DNA of 64,000 nt. Origin: an uncultured Gammaproteobacteria bacterium. GTDB lineage: Bacteria; Patescibacteriota; Microgenomatia; Daviesbacterales; UBA10151. The stretch's first letter is position 1; every line of letters begins with the position of its first letter. The stretch lies in contig CAYMIA010000003.1 of the NCBI GenBank assembly GCA_964390595.1, forward strand, positions 17,727 through 81,726, in the 5' to 3' direction. The notes below the pieces were generated by a model, which was not told the origin of the DNA, searched no databases, and was given only the letters and a program-made list of their open reading frames with translations. Below, in pieces: positions 50,968 through 60,166 of the stretch. The translations under genes and the position numbers were made by a program.

Positions 50968-52752
50968 ATGAAAGTTACATTAAACCATTTTCAATCAGGG
51001 CAAGTAGCGGTTATGGCTTTAATTGTCTTGGGACTCATCATTATTAATACCCTAGCCATAGTCGGGGGTTCTTTAACATTTAGTGCTAATACTAAGTATT
51101 CAACAGAGGTCTCCCAAGCAACTAATCTAGCTGAAGCCGGTATTGATAAAGCTGTGGCCTCATTAAATGCCACTGGAGGTAGCTACATTGGGGAAAGCGA
51201 AACTTTCCTGGACCCCGGCTCCTTTAGCGTCTCAGTTACCAGCAAAGACGCATCGACGGATATCATTAAGTCAACCGGTTATGTGCCAAATAAAAGTAAT
51301 CCTAAATCTAAAAGGACCATTCAAATCCAAGCTTCTAAAGGAGTTGGCATTTCATTTGTTTATGGGATGTTAGTAGGTAATGGTGGTATGTCGATGGGAA
51401 ATGGCTCCCGCATTAACGGCTCTGTTTATTCCAATGGTAATATTACGGGTGGAAATAATGAAAATATCACCGGAGATGTCTTTATTGCCAGTGGAACTCA
51501 GCCAACGGCTGATCAACAAAACGATTCTACCTGCCCCAACTGTCTGGACTTTTTCTTCGGCAAAAATATATCCGGGAACAACCAACTTGATATCGCTCAA
51601 AGTTTTAAGCCAAGCACCGGCGCTGTAATTAATAAAGTCAGCTTGAAGTTAAAAAAAATTGGCTCCCCTCCTAACCTAACTGTCCGGTTACTGGGAGATA
51701 GTAGCGGCCAGCCTAACAAAAATAACATCCTAGCTTATGGAATACTTACTGCCAATTTAGTGACCAGTCAATATGGTTTTGTCGATGTCGCTTTCACTAG
51801 CCCACCCAGCCTAACCGCTGGTACTACCTATTGGATTCTGATCGATACCTCCTCTGATAACAACAATTACTGGTCCTGGTCTGAAGATACATTACAAGGA
51901 TATACTTATGGAACTGCGATGTGGTCTCCTGATTGGCAAGTTAGTTCTCCGGTCTGGAACAGTATCAGTGGTGACTTGTCCTTCAAGACCTGGATGGGTG
52001 GTGTGGCTACCTCAATCAGTATGAACAACGGTTCAGTTATTGGTGGCAACGTTCATGCTAACACTATTAGTGGTATCACCATCAATAAAGATGCTTACTA
52101 TCAAGTTATATCTAATTCCACAGTAGTTGGCACCTCTCATCCCAACTCCACTGACCCGGCCTCAATTGCCATGCCTATCTCTGAAGGCAACATCCTCAAA
52201 TGGCAGGAAGATGCTGAGGCCTACGGAGTCACAACTGGTGATATCACCGGTTGTCCGGCTAGAATGGGACCAGGAAAAATTATTGGCAATGTCACTACCT
52301 CAAACAGCTGCACCATCACAGTGACTACCCCAATCTTTATCACTGGTAATTTAACCTTTGGCAACTCAGCTGTATTTCAGATGGACCCTAATTTAGGATC
52401 CTCGTCTGGTGTAGTTATAGTTAATGGAACCACTATCTTTCAAAATTCAGATAATTTGCTTGGCACCGGGCAACCAGGTAGCTTCCTCACTCTTCTTTCA
52501 GCCTATAATTCTCAAACTCAAGGGGGGGACGCCATCAATACTGGAAACAGTTCAATAACAGGCATTTTATATGCTCCTTTAGGGATAATAACTCTGGCAA
52601 ACAACGCCAACTTCAAAGAAGCAGTGGCTTGGCAGATTAATATGGGTACAGGGACGACCTTAACTTATGATTCAGGCTTGATTAGTACCTTCTTTTCCAC
52701 CGGACCCGGAGGGTCATTCTCGATAGTTAAAGGTACCTATCAGATCAAATAA
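50968..52752 (+). CDS. Large PilX-like pilin with inserted beta-sandwich and C-terminal beta-helix-like adhesin region
   Basis: G|QVAVM, ATNLAEAGIDKA, INGSVYSNGNI, AQSFKP...LTAGTTYWI, GILYAP.G. Confidence 0.8.
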   Translation: MKVTLNHFQSGQVAVMALIVLGLIIINTLAIVGGSLTFSANTKYSTEVSQATNLAEAGIDKAVASLNATGGSYIGESETFLDPGSFSVSVTSKDASTDIIKSTGYVPNKSNPKSKRTIQIQASKGVGISFVYGMLVGNGGMSMGNGSRINGSVYSNGNITGGNNENITGDVFIASGTQPTADQQNDSTCPNCLDFFFGKNISGNNQLDIAQSFKPSTGAVINKVSLKLKKIGSPPNLTVRLLGDSSGQPNKNNILAYGILTANLVTSQYGFVDVAFTSPPSLTAGTTYWILIDTSSDNNNYWSWSEDTLQGYTYGTAMWSPDWQVSSPVWNSISGDLSFKTWMGGVATSISMNNGSVIGGNVHANTISGITINKDAYYQVISNSTVVGTSHPNSTDPASIAMPISEGNILKWQEDAEAYGVTTGDITGCPARMGPGKIIGNVTTSNSCTITVTTPIFITGNLTFGNSAVFQMDPNLGSSSGVVIVNGTTIFQNSDNLLGTGQPGSFLTLLSAYNSQTQGGDAINTGNSSITGILYAPLGIITLANNANFKEAVAWQINMGTGTTLTYDSGLISTFFSTGPGGSFSIVKGTYQIK

Positions 52753-52781
52753 TTTACAATTGGTCTTAGACACTCTACAAT
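52753..52781 (+). promoter_or_regulatory. Promoter TTTACA-17-TACAAT, leaderless pilM
   Basis: The -10 lies 6 nt before the ATG at 52788. Confidence 0.6.
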
Positions 52782-52787
52782 AAAAGT

Positions 52788-53828
52788 ATGGCTGCCAAAA
52801 ACGTCGTTGGGTTGGATATTGGTTTTTCTTCAACCAAAATCGTTGTCTTATCTCACAAAGAAAAACCTCCGAGAATCGTCTCTCTAGGCTCAATTGCCAC
52901 TCCTCAGCCGGGTATCATCTCAGATGCCGACCTAGATTTGGACGCTGTCGCCCAAGCTCTAAAAAGTCTGGTCAGCGAAGTCAAAATCCCAGGAAAAGAC
53001 GTTGTTATTGCCTTGCCTGAGTCCAGAATTTTTACCCGAGTAGTTTATGACCTACCCTACCTCACCAATGACGAACTATCTCAAGCCATTAAATACGCAG
53101 CCGAAGAATTTGTGCCGATGTCGATTAATGATGTTAATTTAAATTATCAGGTGATTTTTAGATCACCTCAAAAAGGACCCAAAAGCCGGACCATTGTTCT
53201 AGTCATTGCCACTCCCAAAGCACTCCTTGAAAAATACTTAAAAGTTTTAACCATGGCTGATTTAAAGCCCGTAGCTATCGAAACAGAGCTTATCGCTGCC
53301 TCGAGATCTCTGGTTGGCAATAACCCCTATTCCCCCACTACCCTAATCATCAATCTCGGATCAACCACTACTGACTACGCAGTCGTTTCTGATGGTTTTA
53401 TCTTAATGACCAGATCAATTGCCACTGGCGGAAATGCCCTCACGCGGGCGATCGCCCAAACCTTTAACTTTGAACTAGTTCAGGCTGAAGAATATAAGAA
53501 AGTTTATGGGCTGCTCGAAGATCAACTTGAAGGTAAATTATTTCAAGCCCTCAAACCAATTTTTGATGTTATTGTCTTAGAAGCCAAAAGAGTGATCCAG
53601 GCTCATGAAGCCCAAAATCCGGATAAAGCAGTTAAAAGAGTCATCCTCACAGGAGGGGGAGCACAATTACCAGGAGTCGTACTTTATTTCGCTAATTCAC
53701 TCGGACTTGAGGTCCAGGAGGCTGATCCCTGGGCGGCTGTAACTAAGGAGGATAACATTAAATCAAAACTGAATGCTAGCGCGGCACTATATTCAGTAGC
53801 TGCCGGACTTGCGCTTCGGGAAGACTAA
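52788..53828 (+). CDS. pilM: Type IV pilus assembly protein PilM
   Basis: VGLDIG, GGNALT, AEEYKK, ILTGGGAQL, AAGLALR (actin-like fold). Confidence 0.93.
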   Translation: MAAKNVVGLDIGFSSTKIVVLSHKEKPPRIVSLGSIATPQPGIISDADLDLDAVAQALKSLVSEVKIPGKDVVIALPESRIFTRVVYDLPYLTNDELSQAIKYAAEEFVPMSINDVNLNYQVIFRSPQKGPKSRTIVLVIATPKALLEKYLKVLTMADLKPVAIETELIAASRSLVGNNPYSPTTLIINLGSTTTDYAVVSDGFILMTRSIATGGNALTRAIAQTFNFELVQAEEYKKVYGLLEDQLEGKLFQALKPIFDVIVLEAKRVIQAHEAQNPDKAVKRVILTGGGAQLPGVVLYFANSLGLEVQEADPWAAVTKEDNIKSKLNASAALYSVAAGLALRED

Positions 53829-53833
53829 CTATT

Positions 53834-54376
53834 ATGGGCAAAATTCAGATCAACTTACTTCCAAGCGAAGTCGTCCTTTTAGAAAAGGATATTGAAAAAA
53901 GAGCTCTGGCTATTCGGGCGAGCGTCGCCATTTTAGTTATCGTGACCATCCTTAGTCTGACTGCTCTAGTTATTCGCCTAACTCAGAAAATCAGCCTCAC
54001 AACTAACAAACATCAGCTAGATCTGGTCACAGAAAAGGTTCAAGCTCTCAAAGAACAGGAGGGTGTAGTCTCAATCTTAAAACAGCGAGTTAATTCTATC
54101 TCGGGTATCTTGGGCGAAACTAGCAAACAAGAAAAGGCCTTTAAAACCTTAATTGATATATTTCCTAAAAACATCAAGCTACTTTCCATGAGTATCGATA
54201 AAACAGGTAAATTAGATCTCAACTGTGAAACTGAAAATATCACTGATTTAGATGATTTTTTTCAAAGCATTAGTACGCAAGATAGCAATAAAAAGTTTTC
54301 TAAAGTTTTAGTCAATAGCTTGTCTCAAGGAAGCAATGGAAAAATCCGTTTTGATGTTGAGATATCACCTATCTGA
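53834..54376 (+). CDS. pilN: PilN-like protein
   Basis: INLLP motif, TM, coiled coil; follows pilM. Confidence 0.85.
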   Translation: MGKIQINLLPSEVVLLEKDIEKRALAIRASVAILVIVTILSLTALVIRLTQKISLTTNKHQLDLVTEKVQALKEQEGVVSILKQRVNSISGILGETSKQEKAFKTLIDIFPKNIKLLSMSIDKTGKLDLNCETENITDLDDFFQSISTQDSNKKFSKVLVNSLSQGSNGKIRFDVEISPI

Positions 54377-55083
54377 TGGAAAAAGAGATTAAAAAATATT
54401 ATCAGAGATATCAAGTAGTTATCTTGCCTTCAGGGGCATCATTCATCGCTCTAGTGCTTATCGCATTGTTAATAGTGCCAAGCCTTTTTACATATAGTAA
54501 AAACGCGAAACAGCAAACAGAGATCGAACAAAAAACTAAATTACTCAGCTCAAAAGCCACTCAGCTTCAAGCCATTAATGTAACCGCCCTTAAAACTGAC
54601 TTAAATAACACAATTAAGGTTTTACCTCCCGAAAAAGAGGTGACCGCCGCCATCAATCAAGTTCAAATTTTAGCGAGTGCCAATACAATACAAATTCTAT
54701 CATTGGAATACTCTTCAATTGGCGGTATCGATAAATCAGACAATTTTACCATCCGCATGGAAGTTGTTGGTCCGCTTACATCGATGAGAAACTTTGGCGA
54801 CAGTCTGCGGGAATCTGCCAGGGTGATGAAAATCAAAGATATCGAAATTAATGGACTCAGGGGAGGTGTTAATTATAGCGCCACTCTAACAATCTCAGTT
54901 TATTATCAAGCCGTACCCAGCTTGATTGGAGAAGTTGATGCCCCCTTCGTACCCCTTTCTCAATCGGACCAAGAATTATTGGCCAAAATTAACAACGCCT
55001 TAGAAAAATTCGGATCAGTTAACGCTCCATCTGAGGACTTTACCGGCACCGGGCCAGTTGGCAAACCAGATCCTTTTCAATGA
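54376..55083 (+). CDS. pilO: PilO-like protein
   Basis: TM, coiled coil, LP.E, ferredoxin-like domain, C-terminal GKPDPF. Confidence 0.8.
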   Translation: MEKEIKKYYQRYQVVILPSGASFIALVLIALLIVPSLFTYSKNAKQQTEIEQKTKLLSSKATQLQAINVTALKTDLNNTIKVLPPEKEVTAAINQVQILASANTIQILSLEYSSIGGIDKSDNFTIRMEVVGPLTSMRNFGDSLRESARVMKIKDIEINGLRGGVNYSATLTISVYYQAVPSLIGEVDAPFVPLSQSDQELLAKINNALEKFGSVNAPSEDFTGTGPVGKPDPFQ

Positions 55084-55760
55084 TCCAGCAAATCTGGACG
55101 GACTTTTTTAGTTCTCTTAAATGATTGGCTATCGCGCCACTCCTGTATTTTGGCATGATCGCCAGATACCAATACCTCTGGCACCGGTTCTCCTTCAAAA
55201 TCAGTTGGCCTGGTATATTGCGGATGCTCAAGTAAATCATTACTAAAACTCTCATTTTGAGTCGCCTCCACTTTCTCCAATACTCCCGGGATGAGTCGAA
55301 CAACGCTATCCACCACCACCATGGCCGGAATCTCGCCACCAGTTAATATATAGTCTCCAATTGATATCTCCAAATCAATGTACGTTTTTATAAAGCGGTC
55401 ATCAACACCTTCATAATGGCCACAAACTAAGATTAAATGATCAATTCTTGACATCACACCCGCTTGTTTTTGGTTGAAAGTCTGGCCTGATGCTGACATT
55501 AAGATAGTTAGGGTTTTTTTGGATTTAGAACCCTTTTTGGCATACTTAACAGCCTCTGCCAAGACATCTGGTCTAAGTATCATTCCCACCCCTCCCCCAT
55601 AAGGCCGGTCATCTACTTGCTGATGGGAACCGATACCAAAATCGCGCAGATTAATGAGTGCGGTCTCCAAAAGTCCCTTTTTCTTCGCTCTGCCTAGAAT
55701 ACTGACATCTAAAACATTAGCAAACATCTCAGGAAAAAGAGTGATAATGGAAACTTTCAT
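55077..55760 (-). CDS. trmD: tRNA (guanine37-N1)-methyltransferase
   Basis: ITLFPEMF, DDRPYGGGVGM, CGHYEGVD, IGDYILTGGE, YTRP. Start moved to MKVSII. Confidence 0.96.
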   Translation of the reverse strand: MKVSIITLFPEMFANVLDVSILGRAKKKGLLETALINLRDFGIGSHQQVDDRPYGGGVGMILRPDVLAEAVKYAKKGSKSKKTLTILMSASGQTFNQKQAGVMSRIDHLILVCGHYEGVDDRFIKTYIDLEISIGDYILTGGEIPAMVVVDSVVRLIPGVLEKVEATQNESFSNDLLEHPQYTRPTDFEGEPVPEVLVSGDHAKIQEWRDSQSFKRTKKVRPDLLDH

Positions 55761-55767
55761 GGATAAA

Positions 55768-56091
55768 TTACTGGGCAACTTCTGGATCCTGTTGCTGACC
55801 TGCCTCTTCAATACCCTGGACCTCTTCAGTACTAGGGCTATCTTCCCGGGGAGTTGGATTGGGGTCAAAAAGTTGTAAATTAACCCGGACATTGTCAGCC
55901 ATCGCCCTGACTGTTAAGACTTTTCTAATCGCCTTTATCACCTGTCCACCCTTACCTATCACCTGCCCCATGTCGTCTGGATGAACAGTTAATACCAGTG
56001 TAACTGAGCCTGGTTGGGTCTGCTCTTCAACCGAAACATCATCAGGACTTCCGACGATACTTTTAACTATGTATAAAACTAGATCTTTCAT
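55768..56091 (-). CDS. khpA: KH-domain RNA-binding protein (KhpA/YlqC)
   Basis: [15 protein letters not shown]; conserved rpsP-KH-trmD order. Confidence 0.9.
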   Translation of the reverse strand: MKDLVLYIVKSIVGSPDDVSVEEQTQPGSVTLVLTVHPDDMGQVIGKGGQVIKAIRKVLTVRAMADNVRVNLQLFDPNPTPREDSPSTEEVQGIEEAGQQQDPEVAQ

Positions 56092-56480
56092 TTAGGAGCT
56101 TCCTCATCAGAGGATTCAGTAGGTGTCTCAGGTGTCTCAGGTGTCTCAGGTGTCTCAGGTGTCTCAGGTGTCTCAGGTTCAGCTGCTTTTGGTTCTGCTG
56201 CCGGAGTTTCAGCTTTTTCTTTTTTGGGTTTGCGAGGAGCTCGTTGCTTGGCCTCACCAACGATCCGCAAATATCCATCAGAAGGTTGGGCACCTTTTTT
56301 AATCCACTCAGCGATCCTCTCTTTGTTCAGGTTAATCTCTTTTGGTTCAGTTAGCGGATTGTAAGTACCCAGAAGCTCAATAAACCCACCTGTTCTCTTT
56401 CGGCGCTCGTCAACAACGACCACCCGGTAGAAGGGCCGCTTCTTTGCACCAATTCGCATCAATCGGATCTTTGCTGGCAT
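56088..56480 (-). CDS. rpsP: 30S ribosomal protein S16 with Pro/Glu/Thr tail
   Basis: [30 protein letters not shown]. Confidence 0.96.
   Translation of the reverse strand: MPAKIRLMRIGAKKRPFYRVVVVDERRKRTGGFIELLGTYNPLTEPKEINLNKERIAEWIKKGAQPSDGYLRIVGEAKQRAPRKPKKEKAETPAAEPKAAEPETPETPETPETPETPETPTESSDEEAPK
56121..56178. repeat. (AGGTGTCTC)x6 9-bp tandem repeat encoding (PET)6 in the S16 tail
   Basis: Perfect repeat read directly. Confidence 0.9.
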
Positions 56481-56535
56481 AATCTGGATAAGTATAAAGA
56501 AATCGCGAGGCTACGTCAAGCTCAAGATTAAAAAA

Positions 56536-57231
56536 CTAGAGCTCACCCATATCAGCCAGACGGTCTAGCGCCTGGCTAGCTGCTGCTTCTTCAGCGATCT
56601 GTTTAGAAAGACCTGTCCCTTCTCCCAATTGTTTGCCCCTTAAAAAAACTCCAATGGTGAATTTTCTAGCGTGATCTGGCCCCTGAGTTTTAATAATTTT
56701 GTAGCTTGGAGATTGCTTAGTTTGATTTTGAGAGATCTCTTGCAATTGGGATTTAGCATCTTTTGGAGGACCACTATTAATCTCTTTTTGAAACAGAGGC
56801 AGCAGAGTTTGGTAGATAAAATCTTTGACTATATCCAAGCCATCATTTAAAAAGATCGCCCCCACTAAGGCTTCATATGTATTGGCCATCAACTGCACAT
56901 TCTCCCTCCCACCAGACATCTCCTCGCCTTTAGATAACTTGAGGTACTCGCCCAAATGTAGATTTTTAGCCGCTTTGGCCAAAGAGGGAGTTTTTACCAA
57001 GTAAGATCTTAAATTTGTTAAATCACCTTCCGCGTCCGATGGCCGCTTGTCATAAAGATATCCGGAGACAATAAATGATAAAACTGAATCCCCCAAAAAC
57101 TCTAACCGCTCGTTAGACTCAGTTAATTTGGGTGATTCATTTAAAAAAGACCGGTGGGTAAATGCGGTCTGGTATATAGTATTAGTACTATCTTGTAGCG
57201 CTGTTTTTAGCCATTCCTGATCAAATTTCAT
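56536..57231 (-). CDS. rnc: Ribonuclease III
   Basis: AFTHRS, NERLEFLGDSVL, EALVGAI; C-terminal dsRBD (KSQLQE, GPDH, AEEAAA). Confidence 0.96.
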   Translation of the reverse strand: MKFDQEWLKTALQDSTNTIYQTAFTHRSFLNESPKLTESNERLEFLGDSVLSFIVSGYLYDKRPSDAEGDLTNLRSYLVKTPSLAKAAKNLHLGEYLKLSKGEEMSGGRENVQLMANTYEALVGAIFLNDGLDIVKDFIYQTLLPLFQKEINSGPPKDAKSQLQEISQNQTKQSPSYKIIKTQGPDHARKFTIGVFLRGKQLGEGTGLSKQIAEEAAASQALDRLADMGEL

Positions 57232-57240
57232 TTTCTCTGC

Positions 57241-57477
57241 TCACTCAAGTAATAAATCTTCAACTGTCACCACAAGATCATTAACTGTTTTAATATCTTC
57301 AGTTTCGGTTGGATCAAAAGTAATCGAGTATTTCTCAGAGATGTAATTCAACAAATCCGCCATCTCAATTGCTCCCAGCCCCAAATCTTCAGTTAGCGAA
57401 GCATCCTGCTCTATATCCGCTGCAGTTATCCCTAAATGTTTGGCGATTGCATCAATTATCTCAGTTTGTTGATTCAT
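57241..57477 (-). CDS. Acyl carrier protein-like protein lacking the phosphopantetheine Ser
   Basis: Acidic 78-aa ACP pattern ([15 protein letters not shown]...IKTVNDLV) next to rnc; DSL is replaced by GAI. Confidence 0.8.
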   Translation of the reverse strand: MNQQTEIIDAIAKHLGITAADIEQDASLTEDLGLGAIEMADLLNYISEKYSITFDPTETEDIKTVNDLVVTVEDLLLE

Positions 57478-57845
57478 TGTATTTTAATATCCTCGTCTGT
57501 CACCATTTTCCCCAAGACACCATTTATAAAGGAGGGAGAGCTTTCCCCGCCATACTCCTTAGCCAGTTCCACCGCTTCGTCAATAACTACCTTTGGGGGG
57601 GCCGCCTTTTCTATTATTAACTCAAATGCGCCAAGACGCAAGATAGCTAAATCGACTTTATTGATCTTATCAATTGGCCAAGCAGGAGCGGATTTAGCTA
57701 TTAACTGGTCTAGTTTCTGGATTTGTTGGATAATTCCCAAAGCCTCTTTAGTTTGTAGCCCCGCACTCTCTTGAAAAGCCCAGGCGAATAAATCCTGCAT
57801 TATTTTAATGCGTTTCAAATGACGGGGGTCTTTGCTTGTTTTCAC
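57474..57845 (-). CDS. nusB: Transcription antitermination factor NusB
   Basis: [32 protein letters not shown]; GTG start. Confidence 0.94.
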   Translation of the reverse strand: MKTSKDPRHLKRIKIMQDLFAWAFQESAGLQTKEALGIIQQIQKLDQLIAKSAPAWPIDKINKVDLAILRLGAFELIIEKAAPPKVVIDEAVELAKEYGGESSPSFINGVLGKMVTDEDIKIQ

Positions 57846-57846
57846 T

Positions 57847-58047
57847 TTATGCTCGCGTTACCTTAACCTGTTTTTTAACACCAGTGGCTTTGCCGGCATA
57901 AAATCCACAATTCCGGCAAGCCATATGCGCAACAGTTTTTTCATTGCAATTGGGACAAACAATTAGACTAATTGCACTAGCACTGATCGATGCTCGTCGC
58001 ACCCGTTTGGCCGCTTTTGAATGTCTTTTCTTTGGTTCATGTGGCAT
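57847..58047 (-). CDS. rpmF: 50S ribosomal protein L32
   Basis: PKKRHS..R.RR, CPNC...[10 protein letters not shown]. Confidence 0.94.
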   Translation of the reverse strand: MPHEPKKRHSKAAKRVRRASISASAISLIVCPNCNEKTVAHMACRNCGFYAGKATGVKKQVKVTRA

Positions 58048-58054
58048 AGTTTTG

Positions 58055-60079
58055 TTAGTCTGGCGAGACGAAAGAGGCCAGATCTGCTAATTTTCCCTGC
58101 AAAGAGGGGTATTTGTCAAGTGTGGGATCATTTTGCAATAAAAGACGGGCGGAGCCTCTAGCTCTCTCAATCAGCTCCAAATCGGAAAAAGAGGCTATTT
58201 TGAGGTTAAAACGGCCTGATTGGCGCACACCGAAGATCTCGCCAGACCCTCTGATCTGCAGATCCAGTTCAGCCAGTTTTAAGCCGTTAAAAGTTTTTTC
58301 TAAGTTTTTTAATCTGGAAACTACTTGCGCCTCAGGTGTACTAGAAAATAAAAAACAGAATGATTGCTTCTCTCCCCGGCCGACCCTGCCCCGGAGTTGA
58401 TGGAGTTGAGAAAGTCCAAATCTCTCCGCCCCTTCAATTAACATGATGGTGGCATTGGGAACATCTACTCCGACTTCAACAACTGAAGTTGACACCAAAA
58501 TATCAATCACCCCCTCCTTAAAAGACTGCAACACCGCCTCCTTTTCTTTAGATTTCATCCTCCCATGCAACAGTCCCAGTTTTAAATCAGGAAAAATATC
58601 TTTTTGCAAGTTTTCAAACTCGACCTTTGCGGCTTTGGCCTGAAGAATCTCCGATTCTTCGATCAATGGGGTGACAATGTAAGCTTGGTCCCCTTCTTTA
58701 ACCTTGCCATGGATAAATTTATAAGCATCAGCCCGCTTAGCTGCTCTCACCACATGAGTTCTAACTTGTTGTCTGCCTGCTGGTACCTCATCAATAATTG
58801 AAATATCCAAATCTCCATACATAGTTAAAGCCACAGTGCGGGGTATTGGCGTAGCAGTCATGGTTAGAAAGTGTGGCACCGTCGCCTTAGATCTCAAAAC
58901 TGTTCTCTGCTCAACCCCAAATCTTTGTTGCTCATCAACAACAATCATCCCCACATTTTCGACCGCCAATTTACCTGAAATCAAAGCATGAGTCCCAACT
59001 ATCACATCAGACTCTGCTGCTTGTTTCTTACTTCCTGTATATATCCCAACCTTCATTCCCAGTGGGGTTAAAATCTTTTCCAAATTAGCAAAGTGCTGAA
59101 AAGCTAAAACCTCGGTTGGGGCCATGAAAAGTGTTCGTAAACCATTAACAAATGCAACATAGGTAATGGCTGCTGCAACCACGGTCTTGCCTGAACCCAC
59201 CTCTCCTTGAACTAAGCGGTTCATCGCGGCAGTTTTTTTCAGGTCATCACAGATCTCATCAACCACCCGCCTTTGAGCATTGGTCAATGAAAAAGGCAGC
59301 AGCTTTAAAAACTTTTCTAAATCTTTGGGGTCAATGGAAAAAGGTTTAACCACCTCCCTTTTACGCCATTCCAGCCGCGCCTTTTGGGTCGCTAGCTGAA
59401 TTAAAAACAGCTCATCAAAACCTAGCCTGTCTCTGGCCTCTTTGGCCTCATTTAAATTCTCTGGAAAATGAATTTTTTGCAAAGACTCTCTTAAAGGCAA
59501 CATATTTAAACGAACCTCGTCAGGCAAAAAGTCCACTTCCTCATCAATTACTTGAGGCAGGATTGAGGCAATTTTTGCCCGCAGCCATTTAGATGTCAGC
59601 CCAAAAGTCTCTGAATAAACAGGCACCAACCTCCCAGTATGCAAATTCTTGTCCATTGTCAATTGTCCACTGTCCATTGATATCTTCTCCCAGACTGGAG
59701 CAACGATCGAGATCTTGCTTTTATATTTGCTAACTTTGCCAGAAATTTGCAGTCTATCTCCTGGTTGGATTGATTTGGTTAAGTAAGATTGGTTAAACCA
59801 AGTCAGCTCAATGGGCGCTGTCCCATCATTAAAAAGTGCTTGGGTCAAAACTTTTCTTGACCTGGTATAGATATTTTTGATTGACCAGATCTCCCCTTGC
59901 AAGGTGATCTTCTCCCCAATTTTAGCCTCATTTATTGGCGCAATTTGGCTAAAATCTTCATACCTAAATGGGTAGTGGTTAATTAAATCAGCCACTGTTA
60001 AAAGTCCTAAAAGCTCGAGTTTTTTAGCAAAGGCATAACCTATACCTGGAACTGTCCGAAGCGATGTTGATAGGTTCAT
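58055..60079 (-). CDS. recG: ATP-dependent DNA helicase RecG
   Basis: PGIG, QGEVGSGKT, APTEVLA, DEQQRFGV, TATPIPRT, QLHQLRGRVGRG. Start moved to MNLST. Confidence 0.96.
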   Translation of the reverse strand: MNLSTSLRTVPGIGYAFAKKLELLGLLTVADLINHYPFRYEDFSQIAPINEAKIGEKITLQGEIWSIKNIYTRSRKVLTQALFNDGTAPIELTWFNQSYLTKSIQPGDRLQISGKVSKYKSKISIVAPVWEKISMDSGQLTMDKNLHTGRLVPVYSETFGLTSKWLRAKIASILPQVIDEEVDFLPDEVRLNMLPLRESLQKIHFPENLNEAKEARDRLGFDELFLIQLATQKARLEWRKREVVKPFSIDPKDLEKFLKLLPFSLTNAQRRVVDEICDDLKKTAAMNRLVQGEVGSGKTVVAAAITYVAFVNGLRTLFMAPTEVLAFQHFANLEKILTPLGMKVGIYTGSKKQAAESDVIVGTHALISGKLAVENVGMIVVDEQQRFGVEQRTVLRSKATVPHFLTMTATPIPRTVALTMYGDLDISIIDEVPAGRQQVRTHVVRAAKRADAYKFIHGKVKEGDQAYIVTPLIEESEILQAKAAKVEFENLQKDIFPDLKLGLLHGRMKSKEKEAVLQSFKEGVIDILVSTSVVEVGVDVPNATIMLIEGAERFGLSQLHQLRGRVGRGEKQSFCFLFSSTPEAQVVSRLKNLEKTFNGLKLAELDLQIRGSGEIFGVRQSGRFNLKIASFSDLELIERARGSARLLLQNDPTLDKYPSLQGKLADLASFVSPD
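59650..59677. repeat. Imperfect heptamer repeat (TGTCCAT TGTCAAT TGTCCAC TGTCCAT) inside recG
   Basis: Encodes the MDSGQLTMD loop between the wedge domain and GRLVPVY. Confidence 0.65.
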
Positions 60080-60166
60080 TGATGTATTAGACCACATCTC
60101 CGGGATTTTTTCTACTTACTTTGCTTGCTTTTAGACTTGCTATAGGTTATAATTTAGCCTCAAGTT

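Noticed and set aside
56063-56293. ORF with (LRH)n repeats
   Set aside because: Alternative-frame shadow of the rpsP 9-bp repeat.
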